Below, one piece after another: positions 46,703 through 57,172 of a stretch of 64,000 nt of DNA (the stretch's first letter is position 1; each line of letters begins with the position of its first letter). The stretch covers positions 64,001-128,000 of the forward strand of contig JAWBKB010000002.1 of assembly GCA_038831915.1 (NCBI GenBank), given 5' to 3'. The position numbers and the translations under genes were made by a program. The notes beneath the pieces are model-generated. The model was not told the DNA's origin. It ran no database searches and saw only the letters and a list, made by a program, of their open reading frames with translations. This DNA is from Candidatus Caldarchaeum sp. (GTDB taxonomy: Archaea > Thermoproteota > Nitrososphaeria_A > Caldarchaeales > Caldarchaeaceae).

Positions 46703-47197
46703 TTAGGTCTGACCTTTGACCACGATTTCTTCGGCAAGTCTAAGGATCTCCTCTTCGCCCCGTTTGACATGATAGCTAGGTGCTCGCACCTTTTTACCGC
46801 CGACGAAGATTTTTCCGTGAGTAATTAGCTGTCTGGCGTGATGAATCGTCCGAGCCAAGCCAGACCTATACACGATGGTTTGAAGCCTTCTTTCGAGAAA
46901 GTCACGAACCGTTAGCTTGAGTACGTCGTCTAAAGTAGCTCCTTGAGGAAGAACACCAAGCCTGTTCAACCGTCCGATCAGCCGTCCCTCCTCTACCATT
47001 CTTTTTTCGCCGACGACGACGAAAAGTTTCCTCGCCATGGTTCTGTACTTTTTCAAGATGCTTGCCACTCTCCAAAGTTCGCGCTTGTTGCGCAAACCAT
47101 ATTCACCCATCAGCTTCAATTCTTCTTCGAGAGCTTCCCTTCTCCAAGGATTCCCCGGTGTTTCATACTTCTTCCTAATCCGCTTCGGGTCTCCCAT
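46703..47197 (-). CDS. rps4: 30S ribosomal protein S4
   Basis: [30 protein letters not shown]. Confidence 0.97.
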   Translation of the reverse strand: MGDPKRIRKKYETPGNPWRREALEEELKLMGEYGLRNKRELWRVASILKKYRTMARKLFVVVGEKRMVEEGRLIGRLNRLGVLPQGATLDDVLKLTVRDFLERRLQTIVYRSGLARTIHHARQLITHGKIFVGGKKVRAPSYHVKRGEEEILRLAEEIVVKGQT

Positions 47198-47302
47198 GCC
47201 TGGCAACATCACCGTGTGAACCATGATTTAAACATCGAACCGACCGTTTCACGGGAGAAAAATTCGACAAACCTTATATAAAATGCATGGCTTAAACCGC
47301 AC

Positions 47303-48442
47303 ATGATTGAAAGAGAGATCATCGTGGTGGGCGGTGGACCCGCAGGAGTCGCCGCCGCGAAAGGAGCTGCACTCGAAGGCGGTGATGTGTTACTTCTCGA
47401 AAAATATCCAACCATCATGGCGAACAAGCCGTGCGGCGAAGCCTGTAGCAAGGAAACACTTGTCACCGCCGGAGTTAAACCCACGTCCCGAATAGTCATG
47501 CATGAAGCCTACGCGCTTGTTTATTCACCCAACATGATTGAAATCGAGATCAAGCAAATCGGATACAATATCAACAAATCTTTTTTCATTCAGGAAATTG
47601 CGGCTCAAGCGGCTGAATATGGTGCGGACATTCATGTAAGGGAAGAGGTGACAGCCGTTAAAAGGGAGGATTCACGTCTCGTTGTTAAGACCAATCGGGA
47701 AACTTACGTAGCTAAAGTGGTAATAGGAGCCGACGGCTATAACTCTACTGTTGCGAGGAGTCTTGGGGTTACGGAGAGACCCGAACCGATACCAACCGTT
47801 CAATACATCATGGCGAACTGCAGGCTAAAGTATCCGGACGCCGTTCGCTTCTATCTTGGAAACAAAATCGCGCCGGGTGGATATGCATGGATTTTCCCAC
47901 GCACGGAAAAACTCGCTGAAGTTGGAATAGGGGTAAGGGGAGCCGTTGCGAAAGAATATCTTGACGCTTTCGTCAAAAGGTTTTCGGATGAGCTCGGCAA
48001 CGCGAAAATCATAGATTACCGTGGTGCACCTGTTCCGATTGGCGGCGCCATTTCAGAAAGCGTTTTCGACGGGGCCATGCTTGTGGGAGACGCCGCCGGC
48101 CACGTGATTCCTCTTACCGGCGCTGGAATTCATTCATCGGTTGCCGCAGGCCTCGCAGCGGGTAAGGTGGCTGCAAGAGCTGTGAAGGAAGGAGATACCT
48201 CGAAGAAACATCTGTCAGAGTTCTACATGCTGTATGAGCCGTGGCTGACACGTATAAAGAAGAGTTTGAAAGCGATGCGTGCTGTGGAGGTGTTGTCAGA
48301 CGAGGAACTTGACACGTTGGCCCGAATCTTTCAAGCAGACGACATACTCGACCTCGCCAACGGCCTCGACGTTGGCCGAGTGGCCCGAAAGCTTCTCAAC
48401 CACCCCGTCCTCGCAATCAAGCTTGCCCGCCAACTACTGTGA
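47303..48442 (+). CDS. geranylgeranyl reductase family flavoprotein
   Basis: GGGPAG, KPCGE, GADG, PGGYAWIFP, GDAAG..PLTGAGI. Confidence 0.92.
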   Translation: MIEREIIVVGGGPAGVAAAKGAALEGGDVLLLEKYPTIMANKPCGEACSKETLVTAGVKPTSRIVMHEAYALVYSPNMIEIEIKQIGYNINKSFFIQEIAAQAAEYGADIHVREEVTAVKREDSRLVVKTNRETYVAKVVIGADGYNSTVARSLGVTERPEPIPTVQYIMANCRLKYPDAVRFYLGNKIAPGGYAWIFPRTEKLAEVGIGVRGAVAKEYLDAFVKRFSDELGNAKIIDYRGAPVPIGGAISESVFDGAMLVGDAAGHVIPLTGAGIHSSVAAGLAAGKVAARAVKEGDTSKKHLSEFYMLYEPWLTRIKKSLKAMRAVEVLSDEELDTLARIFQADDILDLANGLDVGRVARKLLNHPVLAIKLARQLL

Positions 48443-49766
48443 AAATCATCGAATGATGTTCAATTGATTTGACGAAGTGTTCGAGGTAGATGTTTTCGTT
48501 GGGTGCGTGAAGTCTCGAACCTGGATGTGCGAGGACTGAAAGCATCGCAGTCGGAATTCCTGCTTTTACGAAGTGATAAATCGGGCCCGTGCCCGGCATG
48601 TTGGGAAGTATCGCTGGCTGTTTGACGTAGACCAGTTTCGCTGTGTCAACAGCGGCCTTAACGAGGGGATTTTCAGGGCTGACCCTCGCAGGATAAGACA
48701 TCGATTGAACCGTGATCTCCACGTCTTTAGGCAGGTAATTCTTCAGTCTCCGCAGTATTTTCGCCGGGTCTTGGTTGGGAACCAGCCTGAAATCGATTTT
48801 AACTGTCGCGGAGGATGGAACGATTGTCTTCGAACCGGGCCCGGAATATCCAGAGCTGAATCCAGCGACGTTGCAGGTTGGCTCATAGACAATTTTCTCC
48901 GCGAGGTTGTGACGTGAAGCGGTTAATCTGTTTACACCGAGGCTTTTAACGTATTCAGAAGGGGTTCGCCTGAATGTTTTCAACATTCTTCTTTCAGCAG
49001 CGGTCGGCTTCAAAACATCGGCATAGAAACCCGGAATCCTGATGACGCCTCTATCATCTTTCAACATACGGAGTATCCGCACCATTTTCTCGGCAGCGTT
49101 TTCGATGATCGGCGCATACATGGAATGAGCATCTGCCTTAGCTGTCCTAACATTCAATTCCACGTACAGCATCCCTTTAACTCCAAGGTAGAAAGTAGGG
49201 CCTTTTTCGTCGATGTCGCCCCCCTCCCACATACATCCAACAACGTTTCCGAAAAGGCTGCGGTTTCTGGAAATCAAATCCGATATTCCCGGGCTACCCA
49301 CTTCCTCTTCGCCCTCTATTATCCATTTCACGGTCAGGGGCAGTAGGCCGAAAGCTTTCTCAACAACACGCACGGCAGCTAGTCTGGCGATGATTTCGCC
49401 CTTGTTATCTGAAACCCCCCGACCATACAAAATTCCGTCTTTTTCAGTCAGCTTGAATGGGTCTGTTTGCCATTCTTCCAGCGGCTCGGGAGGCTGCACG
49501 TCATAATGATTGTAGAGAAGTATAGTGTTTTTTCCGCCTTTTTTCTCGGCATAAACCGCGGGCCTCCCGGTTTTTGTTTCAAGAAGCGTAGCGGAAAAAC
49601 CATCTCTTTCAAGCAGTTGTTTTACAAAGTTGGCGCATTCATCTATTGATTGATTTCGGGCCGAAACGCTTGGTATGGAAATTAGCTCGGCAAGGTCGTC
49701 GAGAGCTTTCTGCCGCTCGGATTCAACATTTTCCCTTATCCTGCCATGACGCTCTGAAATTTTCAC
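48417..49766 (-). CDS. M20 family metallopeptidase/deacylase
   Basis: YNHYDVQP, GRGVSDNKG, EGEEE, HAPNE. Confidence 0.93.
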   Translation of the reverse strand: MKISERHGRIRENVESERQKALDDLAELISIPSVSARNQSIDECANFVKQLLERDGFSATLLETKTGRPAVYAEKKGGKNTILLYNHYDVQPPEPLEEWQTDPFKLTEKDGILYGRGVSDNKGEIIARLAAVRVVEKAFGLLPLTVKWIIEGEEEVGSPGISDLISRNRSLFGNVVGCMWEGGDIDEKGPTFYLGVKGMLYVELNVRTAKADAHSMYAPIIENAAEKMVRILRMLKDDRGVIRIPGFYADVLKPTAAERRMLKTFRRTPSEYVKSLGVNRLTASRHNLAEKIVYEPTCNVAGFSSGYSGPGSKTIVPSSATVKIDFRLVPNQDPAKILRRLKNYLPKDVEITVQSMSYPARVSPENPLVKAAVDTAKLVYVKQPAILPNMPGTGPIYHFVKAGIPTAMLSVLAHPGSRLHAPNENIYLEHFVKSIEHHSMIFTVVGGQA

Positions 49767-49813
49767 GTCTAATTTTTGCTAAGATTATATTTATGGTTTG
49801 ACCATTTCATTCC

Positions 49814-50404
49814 GTGAGCGAACCATCGATTCCCGAGCCCGTGAACGTTAAGCTGAAGCCGGAAAGAACCGCGGTCATCGTGGTGGACATGCAGAACGAT
49901 TTCTGCCATCCGAACGGTAAACTTTTTGTGCCCTCTTCTGTCGCCACGATTCCCGCGATAAGAAGAATCGTTGACAACGCGAGGAAAAACGGTGTGAAAG
50001 TTTTCTACACACAGGACTGGCATCAGCCGGAAGACCCGGAATTTGAGATATGGGGAGAACATGCGCTGGCGTATTCTTGGGGAGCCCAAATAGTCGATGA
50101 ACTAAAGCCGTCCGAAAGCGACATAGTTGTTCAGAAGCTGCGTTACGACGGATTTTACGGAACGAGCCTCGAACACTTGCTCCGCCTACATCATGTCACG
50201 GGCTTGGTAATAACGGGGACGGTAGCGAACATATGCGTTCTACACACCGCGGGAAGCGCTGCCCTTCGATGGTTTCGCATCTACGTTCCGGTTGACGGCA
50301 TTTCAGCGTTAAATGAATTTGACATGAAGGCTGCTCTACGCCAAATCACGTTTCTTTACAGAGGTATTTTAACAAGTTCAGAATTGATAGAATTTGCACG
50401 ATGA
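49814..50404 (+). CDS. pncA: nicotinamidase / isochorismatase family cysteine hydrolase
   Basis: VDMQNDF, DWH, ANICV; overlaps pncB. Confidence 0.85.
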   Translation: MSEPSIPEPVNVKLKPERTAVIVVDMQNDFCHPNGKLFVPSSVATIPAIRRIVDNARKNGVKVFYTQDWHQPEDPEFEIWGEHALAYSWGAQIVDELKPSESDIVVQKLRYDGFYGTSLEHLLRLHHVTGLVITGTVANICVLHTAGSAALRWFRIYVPVDGISALNEFDMKAALRQITFLYRGILTSSELIEFAR

Positions 50405-51609
50405 AGCCAAAACCCAAGGCATACATAGCCGACCCCGGCCAGATAAAGAACGGTGGATCGACAGATATTTACTTCCAAAGGACGAAAACGATTTTAGAGA
50501 AAAGCGGTTCGACTGATGTTGCGGTTGCGGCTGAAATTCACTCATATGGGCTTCCAAACAGCTATGATTGGGCTGTTTTCACGGGGTTAGAAGAAGCGGT
50601 TTGGCTCCTTGAAGGTCTGCCCGTCGACTTGTACGCGATGGATGAGGGAACTGTCTTTAGGGCCGTGGAACCTGTGGCAAGGGTTGAAGGCCGTTATGTC
50701 GACTTTGGTGTGTATGAACCTTCTCTTCTCGGAATTCTGCGTCATTCATCAAGCGTTTCGACAAAAGCCGCGCGGATAAAACTGGCAGCTGGCAACAAAT
50801 CCGTGTTGTTTTTCGGAATCAGATGTGTTCATCCAGCAATAGCTCCGATGGTAGATCGAGCCGCGTACGTTGGCGGATGCGACGCGATTTCCGGTACGTT
50901 AGGCGCGTCTATGCTTGAACTCGACCCCATGGGTACCATGCCTCACGCCTTAATACTCGTGGTAAACGACCAGGTCAAGGCTTGGCGTCTTTTCCACGAA
51001 ATCATGCCCGAAAAAGTGCCCAGAATTGCACTCGTGGACACCTTCTACGACGAACGCTACGAATCGCTTAAGGCTGCTGAAGTCTTAGGAAAGAACCTTT
51101 ATGGAGTTCGCCTTGACACACCCAGCTCACGTCGCGGAAACATCCGGAGAATCGTTGAGGAAATTAGATGGTCTCTGGATGTCGCAGGTTATCGTCACGT
51201 AAAAATTTTTGTCAGCGGTGGCCTTTCCGAAGAATCCATTCCCGAGCTTGTCGACATTGTAGATGGTTTCGGTGTTGGAACATCTATCGCTTTTCCTGAA
51301 TCTGTCGACCTCGCCCTCGACATCGTCGAAAGAAACGGCGCACCGCTTTCTAAAAGAGGCAAGCTACCTGGGAGAAAACAGGTCTACCGATGTCAAAACA
51401 TGCACGACACCATAACTCTTTGGAACAAAACCCTGGTGAAATGCCCTGTCTGCGCTGAACCAGTCAATCCGTTGATAAAGCAAGTGCTGAAAAAAGGAGA
51501 GCTCGTAGTGGATTTGCCGGACGCCAAAAAAATAAGGGAGAAAGTTTTGGCACAACTCGATTCGATTAGAAGGCTTGAGTCTTTGGCTCGGCCTAAGTTT
51601 TATCTATGA
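50401..51609 (+). CDS. pncB: nicotinate phosphoribosyltransferase
   Basis: TDIYF, GTMPH, LVDTF, VRLDT, SGG, GFGVGT. Confidence 0.95.
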   Translation: MKPKPKAYIADPGQIKNGGSTDIYFQRTKTILEKSGSTDVAVAAEIHSYGLPNSYDWAVFTGLEEAVWLLEGLPVDLYAMDEGTVFRAVEPVARVEGRYVDFGVYEPSLLGILRHSSSVSTKAARIKLAAGNKSVLFFGIRCVHPAIAPMVDRAAYVGGCDAISGTLGASMLELDPMGTMPHALILVVNDQVKAWRLFHEIMPEKVPRIALVDTFYDERYESLKAAEVLGKNLYGVRLDTPSSRRGNIRRIVEEIRWSLDVAGYRHVKIFVSGGLSEESIPELVDIVDGFGVGTSIAFPESVDLALDIVERNGAPLSKRGKLPGRKQVYRCQNMHDTITLWNKTLVKCPVCAEPVNPLIKQVLKKGELVVDLPDAKKIREKVLAQLDSIRRLESLARPKFYL

Positions 51610-52996
51610 GACCTCCTTTCGTGATGCGTAAGAGGTCGATGATTTTGTCAACTTCTTCAGGCTTAACAACTCCTTCTTCAATCAAGGCCTGCTTGATAGT
51701 TTTGCTTTCGGTGAGCATTTTCTTCGCTATTTTCGCGGCTTTGTCGTAGCCGATTTTCGGAGCCACAACCGTGACAAGGGCCGGGCTCGATTCGGCTATT
51801 CTTCTAGCCTTTTCAACATTGACAGTTATGCCTCGCACACATTTCAACGCAAGGTTTTGACAAGTGTTCGCCAAAATTTCAACGGCCTGAATCAAGTCAT
51901 ACGCGATGAGTGGGAAACCCATATTAAGCTCGAGTTCGCCAAGTTTGCAAGCCTCCTCGATTGCTTTATCGTATCCAATGACCTGCGCGGCGACTAGCAT
52001 GGTTGACTCTACGATGACCGGGTTAACTTTGCCCGGCATGATAGATGACCCGGGCTGAACCGCTGGAAGCTCGAGTTCACCGATTCCCGTGTTTGGACCC
52101 GATGAAAGAATTCTTAAGTCGTTGCAGATTTTCATCAGCGAAACCGCCGTGCTCCGAAGGGCTGCCGATGCCTCGAGACAGCAGTCACGTGTTCCCATGG
52201 CTTCGAACCGATTCTCTGCTATTCGGAAGTCGATTCCAGTCAGCTGACTTAGTTTCTCGACAACGAGGCGGGCGAAATCTGGATGCGCGTTTAGACCCGT
52301 CCCGACCGCGGTTCCGCCGATAGGAAGTTCAAGAAGGCTTTCAAGAGCATTCATCACACGGCGCCTGCTTTTCTTTATCATGGTAGCATAGCCGGAAAAC
52401 TGTTGGCCGAAGGTAACTGGAACAGCGTCCTGAAAATGAGTCCTGCCCGCCCTCACGTATTCGACAAATTCAGCGGCTTTTGCGTTGAATTCTTTTTCAA
52501 GAAGCTCAAGCGCCGGTAGAAGCTTTTTCACGATTAGCTCGGCGACCGCCACGTTGATCGCTGTGGGTATCACGTCGTTAGTGGATTGAGCCATGTTTAC
52601 ATGGTCATTGGGGTGAATGGTTTTCTTGTCTCCACGTGGAAGGCCTAGGATTTCAAGTGCTCTGTTAGCGATGACTTCGTTGGCGTTCATGTTTGTTGAA
52701 GTTCCAGAACCCGTTTGGAAAATGTCTACGACGAAATGTTTGTCCAACAACCCTTCCGCGACTTCCAATGCTGCTTTTGAAATGGCTTCGCCGATTCTTC
52801 TGTCCAGCAAGCCAAACTGCATGTTAGACTCTGCGGCCGCGAGCTTGATCAAGCCGAGAGCTCTTATGAAAGCTCTTTGGAAAACAAGGCCCGAAATCGG
52901 GAAATTGTCCACGGCCCTCGCGGTCTGCGCACCATACAAGGCATCAACGGGAACCTTCATCTCACCTAAAGTGTCCGTTTCTATTCTGTAGCTCAT
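51593..52996 (-). CDS. fumC: class II fumarate hydratase (fumarase/aspartase family)
   Basis: QTGSGTSTNMN, HPNDHVN, GSSIMPGKVNP. Confidence 0.9.
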   Translation of the reverse strand: MSYRIETDTLGEMKVPVDALYGAQTARAVDNFPISGLVFQRAFIRALGLIKLAAAESNMQFGLLDRRIGEAISKAALEVAEGLLDKHFVVDIFQTGSGTSTNMNANEVIANRALEILGLPRGDKKTIHPNDHVNMAQSTNDVIPTAINVAVAELIVKKLLPALELLEKEFNAKAAEFVEYVRAGRTHFQDAVPVTFGQQFSGYATMIKKSRRRVMNALESLLELPIGGTAVGTGLNAHPDFARLVVEKLSQLTGIDFRIAENRFEAMGTRDCCLEASAALRSTAVSLMKICNDLRILSSGPNTGIGELELPAVQPGSSIMPGKVNPVIVESTMLVAAQVIGYDKAIEEACKLGELELNMGFPLIAYDLIQAVEILANTCQNLALKCVRGITVNVEKARRIAESSPALVTVVAPKIGYDKAAKIAKKMLTESKTIKQALIEEGVVKPEEVDKIIDLLRITKGGLIDKT

Positions 52997-53025
52997 AACA
53001 ATAGATAGCTGAAGCGTGATATATA

Positions 53026-54063
53026 TTAAATCAACATGGTCTCTTCGAGAATTCTGAATATTTGTGGCCTTGTCAACGGTGCTTTGTGAAGGATTGTGTA
53101 TCTTTCCTTGCGGATTTGAGGTGCCTTTAAAACAGCTTCAGCGAACAAATCAGCGTCGACGTTTATGTCTTTTAAGGTATGAGGTGCTCCGAGTATTCTG
53201 AGACTTTCCCTAACCTTCGCCCATTTCGCGTTGTGAAGCCAGGAGGTGAAGATGGTGGCGACTCCGCATCTTTCACCATGAAGCGCCGGCTTTTCCATCA
53301 AGGTTTCGATGGCGTGAGCGATTAGATGTTCGCTTCCGCTGCAGGGCCTGCTGCTTCCAGCGACTCCCATGGCGACTCCCGCGCTTATCAAAGCCTCGAC
53401 AACGGTTCTCGCTCCTTCTATCGCGTCGTTTCGGATATGTTTGGCTGATTTCATGACAACTGATGCGCTGAGATAGGCAAGGTGGGCTGCGTAGCGGCCG
53501 TAGTATTCATTTCTCTCGGTGTGGGCTAGCCACCAGTCTCTCACAGCTGTATGTTTGGCGACGAGGTCTCCGCATCCGCTGACCAAATATCTTCCCGGAG
53601 CCTTTGCGATGACGTTCATGTCGGCGAAAATTTCAAGCGGCATGACGGATTTTTTCGAATAGGCGACTCCGTTTTGGCGGAAGCTTGTCATCGGGCTGGC
53701 GATACCGTCGTGCGAAGCAATTGTAGGAACGCTGAAAAGAGGTTTTCCAATTTGTTCCGCGACAACCTTCGAGACGTCGAGGACTTTACCACCGCCTACA
53801 CCGACGACGGCGTCAAAATTTTTCAACCCTTCAACCTGTTTCCCGAAACTTTCAACGACTTCATCCACGAAAAACACTTCGACGGCAGACATCCCAACGC
53901 CGGCTTCAATTATTTTAGAACCCAGAATGTTATACGGTGTTTTGCTCGTGATCATTAAAATCTTCCTGAAGTCGTGGACAGCTTTGAGGCGGTGGCCGAC
54001 TGTTTCAGCGAGGTCGCTGCCGATTACTACGTATTGCGGCAGCTCCATTTCGTGACGGTGCAT
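53026..54063 (-). CDS. egsA: sn-glycerol-1-phosphate dehydrogenase
   Basis: GGGKVLD, SHDGIAS, SRPCSGSEH, HGE, RYTIL. Confidence 0.95.
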   Translation of the reverse strand: MHRHEMELPQYVVIGSDLAETVGHRLKAVHDFRKILMITSKTPYNILGSKIIEAGVGMSAVEVFFVDEVVESFGKQVEGLKNFDAVVGVGGGKVLDVSKVVAEQIGKPLFSVPTIASHDGIASPMTSFRQNGVAYSKKSVMPLEIFADMNVIAKAPGRYLVSGCGDLVAKHTAVRDWWLAHTERNEYYGRYAAHLAYLSASVVMKSAKHIRNDAIEGARTVVEALISAGVAMGVAGSSRPCSGSEHLIAHAIETLMEKPALHGERCGVATIFTSWLHNAKWAKVRESLRILGAPHTLKDINVDADLFAEAVLKAPQIRKERYTILHKAPLTRPQIFRILEETMLI

Positions 54064-54115
54064 CTGCTAAGCGGTTGAGCGGGTAGCTTATAAACCTCGA
54101 ACGCAAAGTCATCAC

Positions 54116-55057
54116 ATGTTTCCGCCGTGCGAAATGATGGCGAAGAATTTTCTACCAGCTGTCCGGGGGCTGGTGGCCCATAGGTTGAAAAAAATGGGGA
54201 AGGGCCAGACTTTCATAGCTAAAACGCTTGGAATAACTCAGTCCGCGGTAAGCCAGATTCTTGCTTCAGACGAAAGAAAATACGGGAAAAAGCTCGAAGA
54301 GCTCGGACTGGAAAGACGTGAATATGCCCTCCTTGTCGAAACAATCAGCCAGGAAGTTTCGGTAAATCCGACTCGCGCCACGGAAATACTGTACGGGTTC
54401 TGGCTTGATATGCTTTCGAAAGGCCGGTTTTGCGATTATCATCGTCGCATGTATCCTCAGTTGCTCGGATGCGAAATTTGTCTGCGCCGTGCATTCGTGG
54501 CTGAGTTTGATGAAGAAAGGACGCGGATTTTGGAAGCTCTTGAAAAGTCTGTTAAAAGGTTGGAGGGAAGTAGGGCGTTTGCAAAACTAATTCCACAAGT
54601 CGGCACTAACGTTGTGGCATGTTTGGAGCGCTCCCAGTCTGTCGATGATGTCGCCGGCGTTGTTGGTAGAATTGTCCGGGTTGACGATGGAGTAAAAGCA
54701 GTTGGAAGGCCGGCATTCGGAGGAAGTCATCATCTCGCCTTGGTTTTGCTAACAGCGAGAAGATATAACAAATCGGTGAAAGCGGCGGTAAACATCATAA
54801 ATTCATCGGCTGCGCGTAAAACTATCGCGGAAGCTGGCATAGTTTACGCTGTCATCGAGCCACATCAATCACCTATTTCGGACGAAACCGTGCTGCAAGA
54901 TTTGGAAAACGTTTTCCAAACTTCACCTAAATTCCCGGCCGCAGTTTTTCACGGAGGCGGAGTTGGATATGAACCGATTACCTATCTGTTTTCAGATAAT
55001 CTCGAAAAATTAATCGACCTTGTACTAATTTTGGCGAACCGCATTTCCCTGAGTTAG
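54116..55057 (+). CDS. HTH + ThiN-domain protein (ThiR-like regulator / thiamine-phosphate synthase family)
   Basis: LGITQSAVSQ HTH; LIPQVGTN, GRI, FGGSHHLA, G.GYEP ThiN motifs. Confidence 0.88.
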   Translation: MFPPCEMMAKNFLPAVRGLVAHRLKKMGKGQTFIAKTLGITQSAVSQILASDERKYGKKLEELGLERREYALLVETISQEVSVNPTRATEILYGFWLDMLSKGRFCDYHRRMYPQLLGCEICLRRAFVAEFDEERTRILEALEKSVKRLEGSRAFAKLIPQVGTNVVACLERSQSVDDVAGVVGRIVRVDDGVKAVGRPAFGGSHHLALVLLTARRYNKSVKAAVNIINSSAARKTIAEAGIVYAVIEPHQSPISDETVLQDLENVFQTSPKFPAAVFHGGGVGYEPITYLFSDNLEKLIDLVLILANRISLS

Positions 55058-55425
55058 TCGCAGACGTGGCATGAATCGACGTCGATGTCCGGTTCAACCT
55101 TTTTGTGGACTTCACACAAAATTCTCATCATCCTAATGTTCTTCAAGGCGTCGTTGATTCGTCGCGCGATTTCTTCCTTCGGCTCGTTCTTCATGACAGC
55201 TTCGACAACTTCGTCAACCCATTTCATCAGTTCATCATTTTTCTCAAGCTCAGTCGTAATCCCCCGCACCCCTCGTAAATAGTTGCTCACCGCCGCCTGG
55301 GTGACTCCGAGAACTTTCGCTGTCTGCTCCTGAGTAAAAGATTTGTCGTAGACCAGCTTTTTCGCGACCATCGCTCTCAGTATAGGGATGATGACCTTGG
55401 ATTCGATTTCAGCGGGAAGCAGCAT
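55054..55425 (-). CDS. XRE-type HTH transcriptional regulator (COG2522-like)
   Basis: PxE..PxLR, TQ..A..LGVTQAAVSNY..G.RG, CxxH...CxxC. Confidence 0.88.
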   Translation of the reverse strand: MLLPAEIESKVIIPILRAMVAKKLVYDKSFTQEQTAKVLGVTQAAVSNYLRGVRGITTELEKNDELMKWVDEVVEAVMKNEPKEEIARRINDALKNIRMMRILCEVHKKVEPDIDVDSCHVCD

Positions 55426-55469
55426 ACCTCCCCAATCCTTCGTGCTATCAGTATATAAACAATTGGGTT

Positions 55470-56273
55470 CTAAACCTTAATGACCTCCACGTTCAATTCT
55501 TCAATCTGCTTTAAAAGCTGGGTCCGGTGTTCAGATTTTAGCCCATCCCAATCAATAAGAGCCGTTCGGGGCTTCTCTATTGTTCTTTCGAAAGCCTGTG
55601 ATATCATTCGTGATGTCATGGGAAAATGATGTTTGGATGCAACATGTCCAACGCCGAATTCCCCATCCTGTAACGCTTTGACGATGTCCCGTGCGTAGTG
55701 GCCGCCGCCGAATCCAACAGCGTGTCTGGACGGTTTTTTGACTTTTTGAAAGCAGACATCGGCAACTGTTTGGGCGACTGCTTCGGCCATTTGGTCGTTA
55801 CGCCACTCTTTTTCCGAACAACCTATCTCTACAAAAATCAAAGGCTTTTCAGAAAATGGGCCGTGATGAGTGGCCTCCATTCCGACTTCTAACCCACGCA
55901 ACCCGACTGATTGAGCGGCATGCAGTCCAGCGGTGAACGCTTGATAAACAGCCGCTGCGGACGTCATCGAAAGCATTTCCGGCCTTCCGCCGAACAAGGC
56001 TGAATTTCCCCAGTTCCCAGTAGAATGTACGAGCAAACAGGGCTGCCCAGATTCCGAAACATGTTTAGAAGGCACAACTATCAGGTCGCCTTCGACCTGT
56101 GAAACTTGGTCATCGGCTGTCAGCATCGAGCCCTGTACGCAGAAAATTTTAACATCTCGGTTGACGTAAACGTTTTCCATGTCGGTTTGACGCCAACCGA
56201 AGTTTTCCACGAGTTTATGCAAAATATTGACCGCGGCGATGTCCTGCAGCGAAAGCATCACAACCGGCTTCAT
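55470..56273 (-). CDS. dtdA: D-aminoacyl-tRNA deacylase (DTD2/GEK1 type)
   Basis: SKH, HSTGN, EATHHGP, FVEIG, FGGGHY; ATG 56273. Confidence 0.93.
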   Translation of the reverse strand: MKPVVMLSLQDIAAVNILHKLVENFGWRQTDMENVYVNRDVKIFCVQGSMLTADDQVSQVEGDLIVVPSKHVSESGQPCLLVHSTGNWGNSALFGGRPEMLSMTSAAAVYQAFTAGLHAAQSVGLRGLEVGMEATHHGPFSEKPLIFVEIGCSEKEWRNDQMAEAVAQTVADVCFQKVKKPSRHAVGFGGGHYARDIVKALQDGEFGVGHVASKHHFPMTSRMISQAFERTIEKPRTALIDWDGLKSEHRTQLLKQIEELNVEVIKV

Positions 56274-56310
56274 CACGTTTTTAAAAAGGTAGCAGGTATT
56301 AAAAACATCT

Positions 56311-57153
56311 ATGCAATCCGGCCTTAGGCCGATAAACGCCATCCTATTGTCGGGATACGAAGTTCAGCAAATTTTGGCCCAGAAGTCAAACGATGTCTCG
56401 CTAGACCTCGGTATGTCCTTGACGAAAGTTTTCGTGACTGAGGCCGGGGTGCAGGTGGGAGAAAAATTGTTGAGCTGGGATGTTTTGCACTCCATGTCGG
56501 AAAGACCGGAGGACGTGTATCTGATAGGTGAAAAAATTTCGAAGCTTGCTTGGTTCGACCGGTCATACTACAGGTTGGTCGTGCCTGGCTTCCGTCAGCC
56601 ACCGACCGTTGAAATTAACGGAATAAGAATGCATCGCACAGTCGACATATCCCCTTTGGATGACGCAAAGGCAAAGGTTTCGCTGTTTGATGAGCTTTTG
56701 GGAAAAACCGTTCTCGATATCTGCACAGGCCTTGGATACACGGCGATTAGTGAAATTGGAAGAGGAGCTGAGAAAGTCGTAACAGTTGAACACGATGTCA
56801 ACGTGCTAAGGATGGCGGCTTACAACCCTTGGTCGAGGGCTCTTTTTCAGCCGAAAATTGATATCGTCGTAGATGACGTTGTACGCTATTTGGAAAAATG
56901 CGACGTCGCTTTCGACGCCGTGATGCATGACCCACCAACCTACAAAATAGCAGGCCACCTCTATTCAATGGAATTGTACACAGCAGTATACAACGTGATG
57001 CGAAGAGGAGCTGTCCTCGTCCATTACGTCGGCCAACCCGGAATAAAAAGGGGTGTTCAATTTTACCGAGGAGTTTTAAACCGGCTGCGCAAAGCTGGGT
57101 TCAAACCGATTTACATTCCGGAAGTTCAGTGTGTGAAAGCATTTAAGTTGTAA
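56311..57153 (+). CDS. archaeal SAM-dependent methyltransferase (COG2521-like)
   Basis: EINGIRMH, LDICTGLGYTA, NPWS, HDPP. Confidence 0.9.
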   Translation: MQSGLRPINAILLSGYEVQQILAQKSNDVSLDLGMSLTKVFVTEAGVQVGEKLLSWDVLHSMSERPEDVYLIGEKISKLAWFDRSYYRLVVPGFRQPPTVEINGIRMHRTVDISPLDDAKAKVSLFDELLGKTVLDICTGLGYTAISEIGRGAEKVVTVEHDVNVLRMAAYNPWSRALFQPKIDIVVDDVVRYLEKCDVAFDAVMHDPPTYKIAGHLYSMELYTAVYNVMRRGAVLVHYVGQPGIKRGVQFYRGVLNRLRKAGFKPIYIPEVQCVKAFKL

Positions 57154-57172
57154 CTGAGATGATGGTTTTTCG

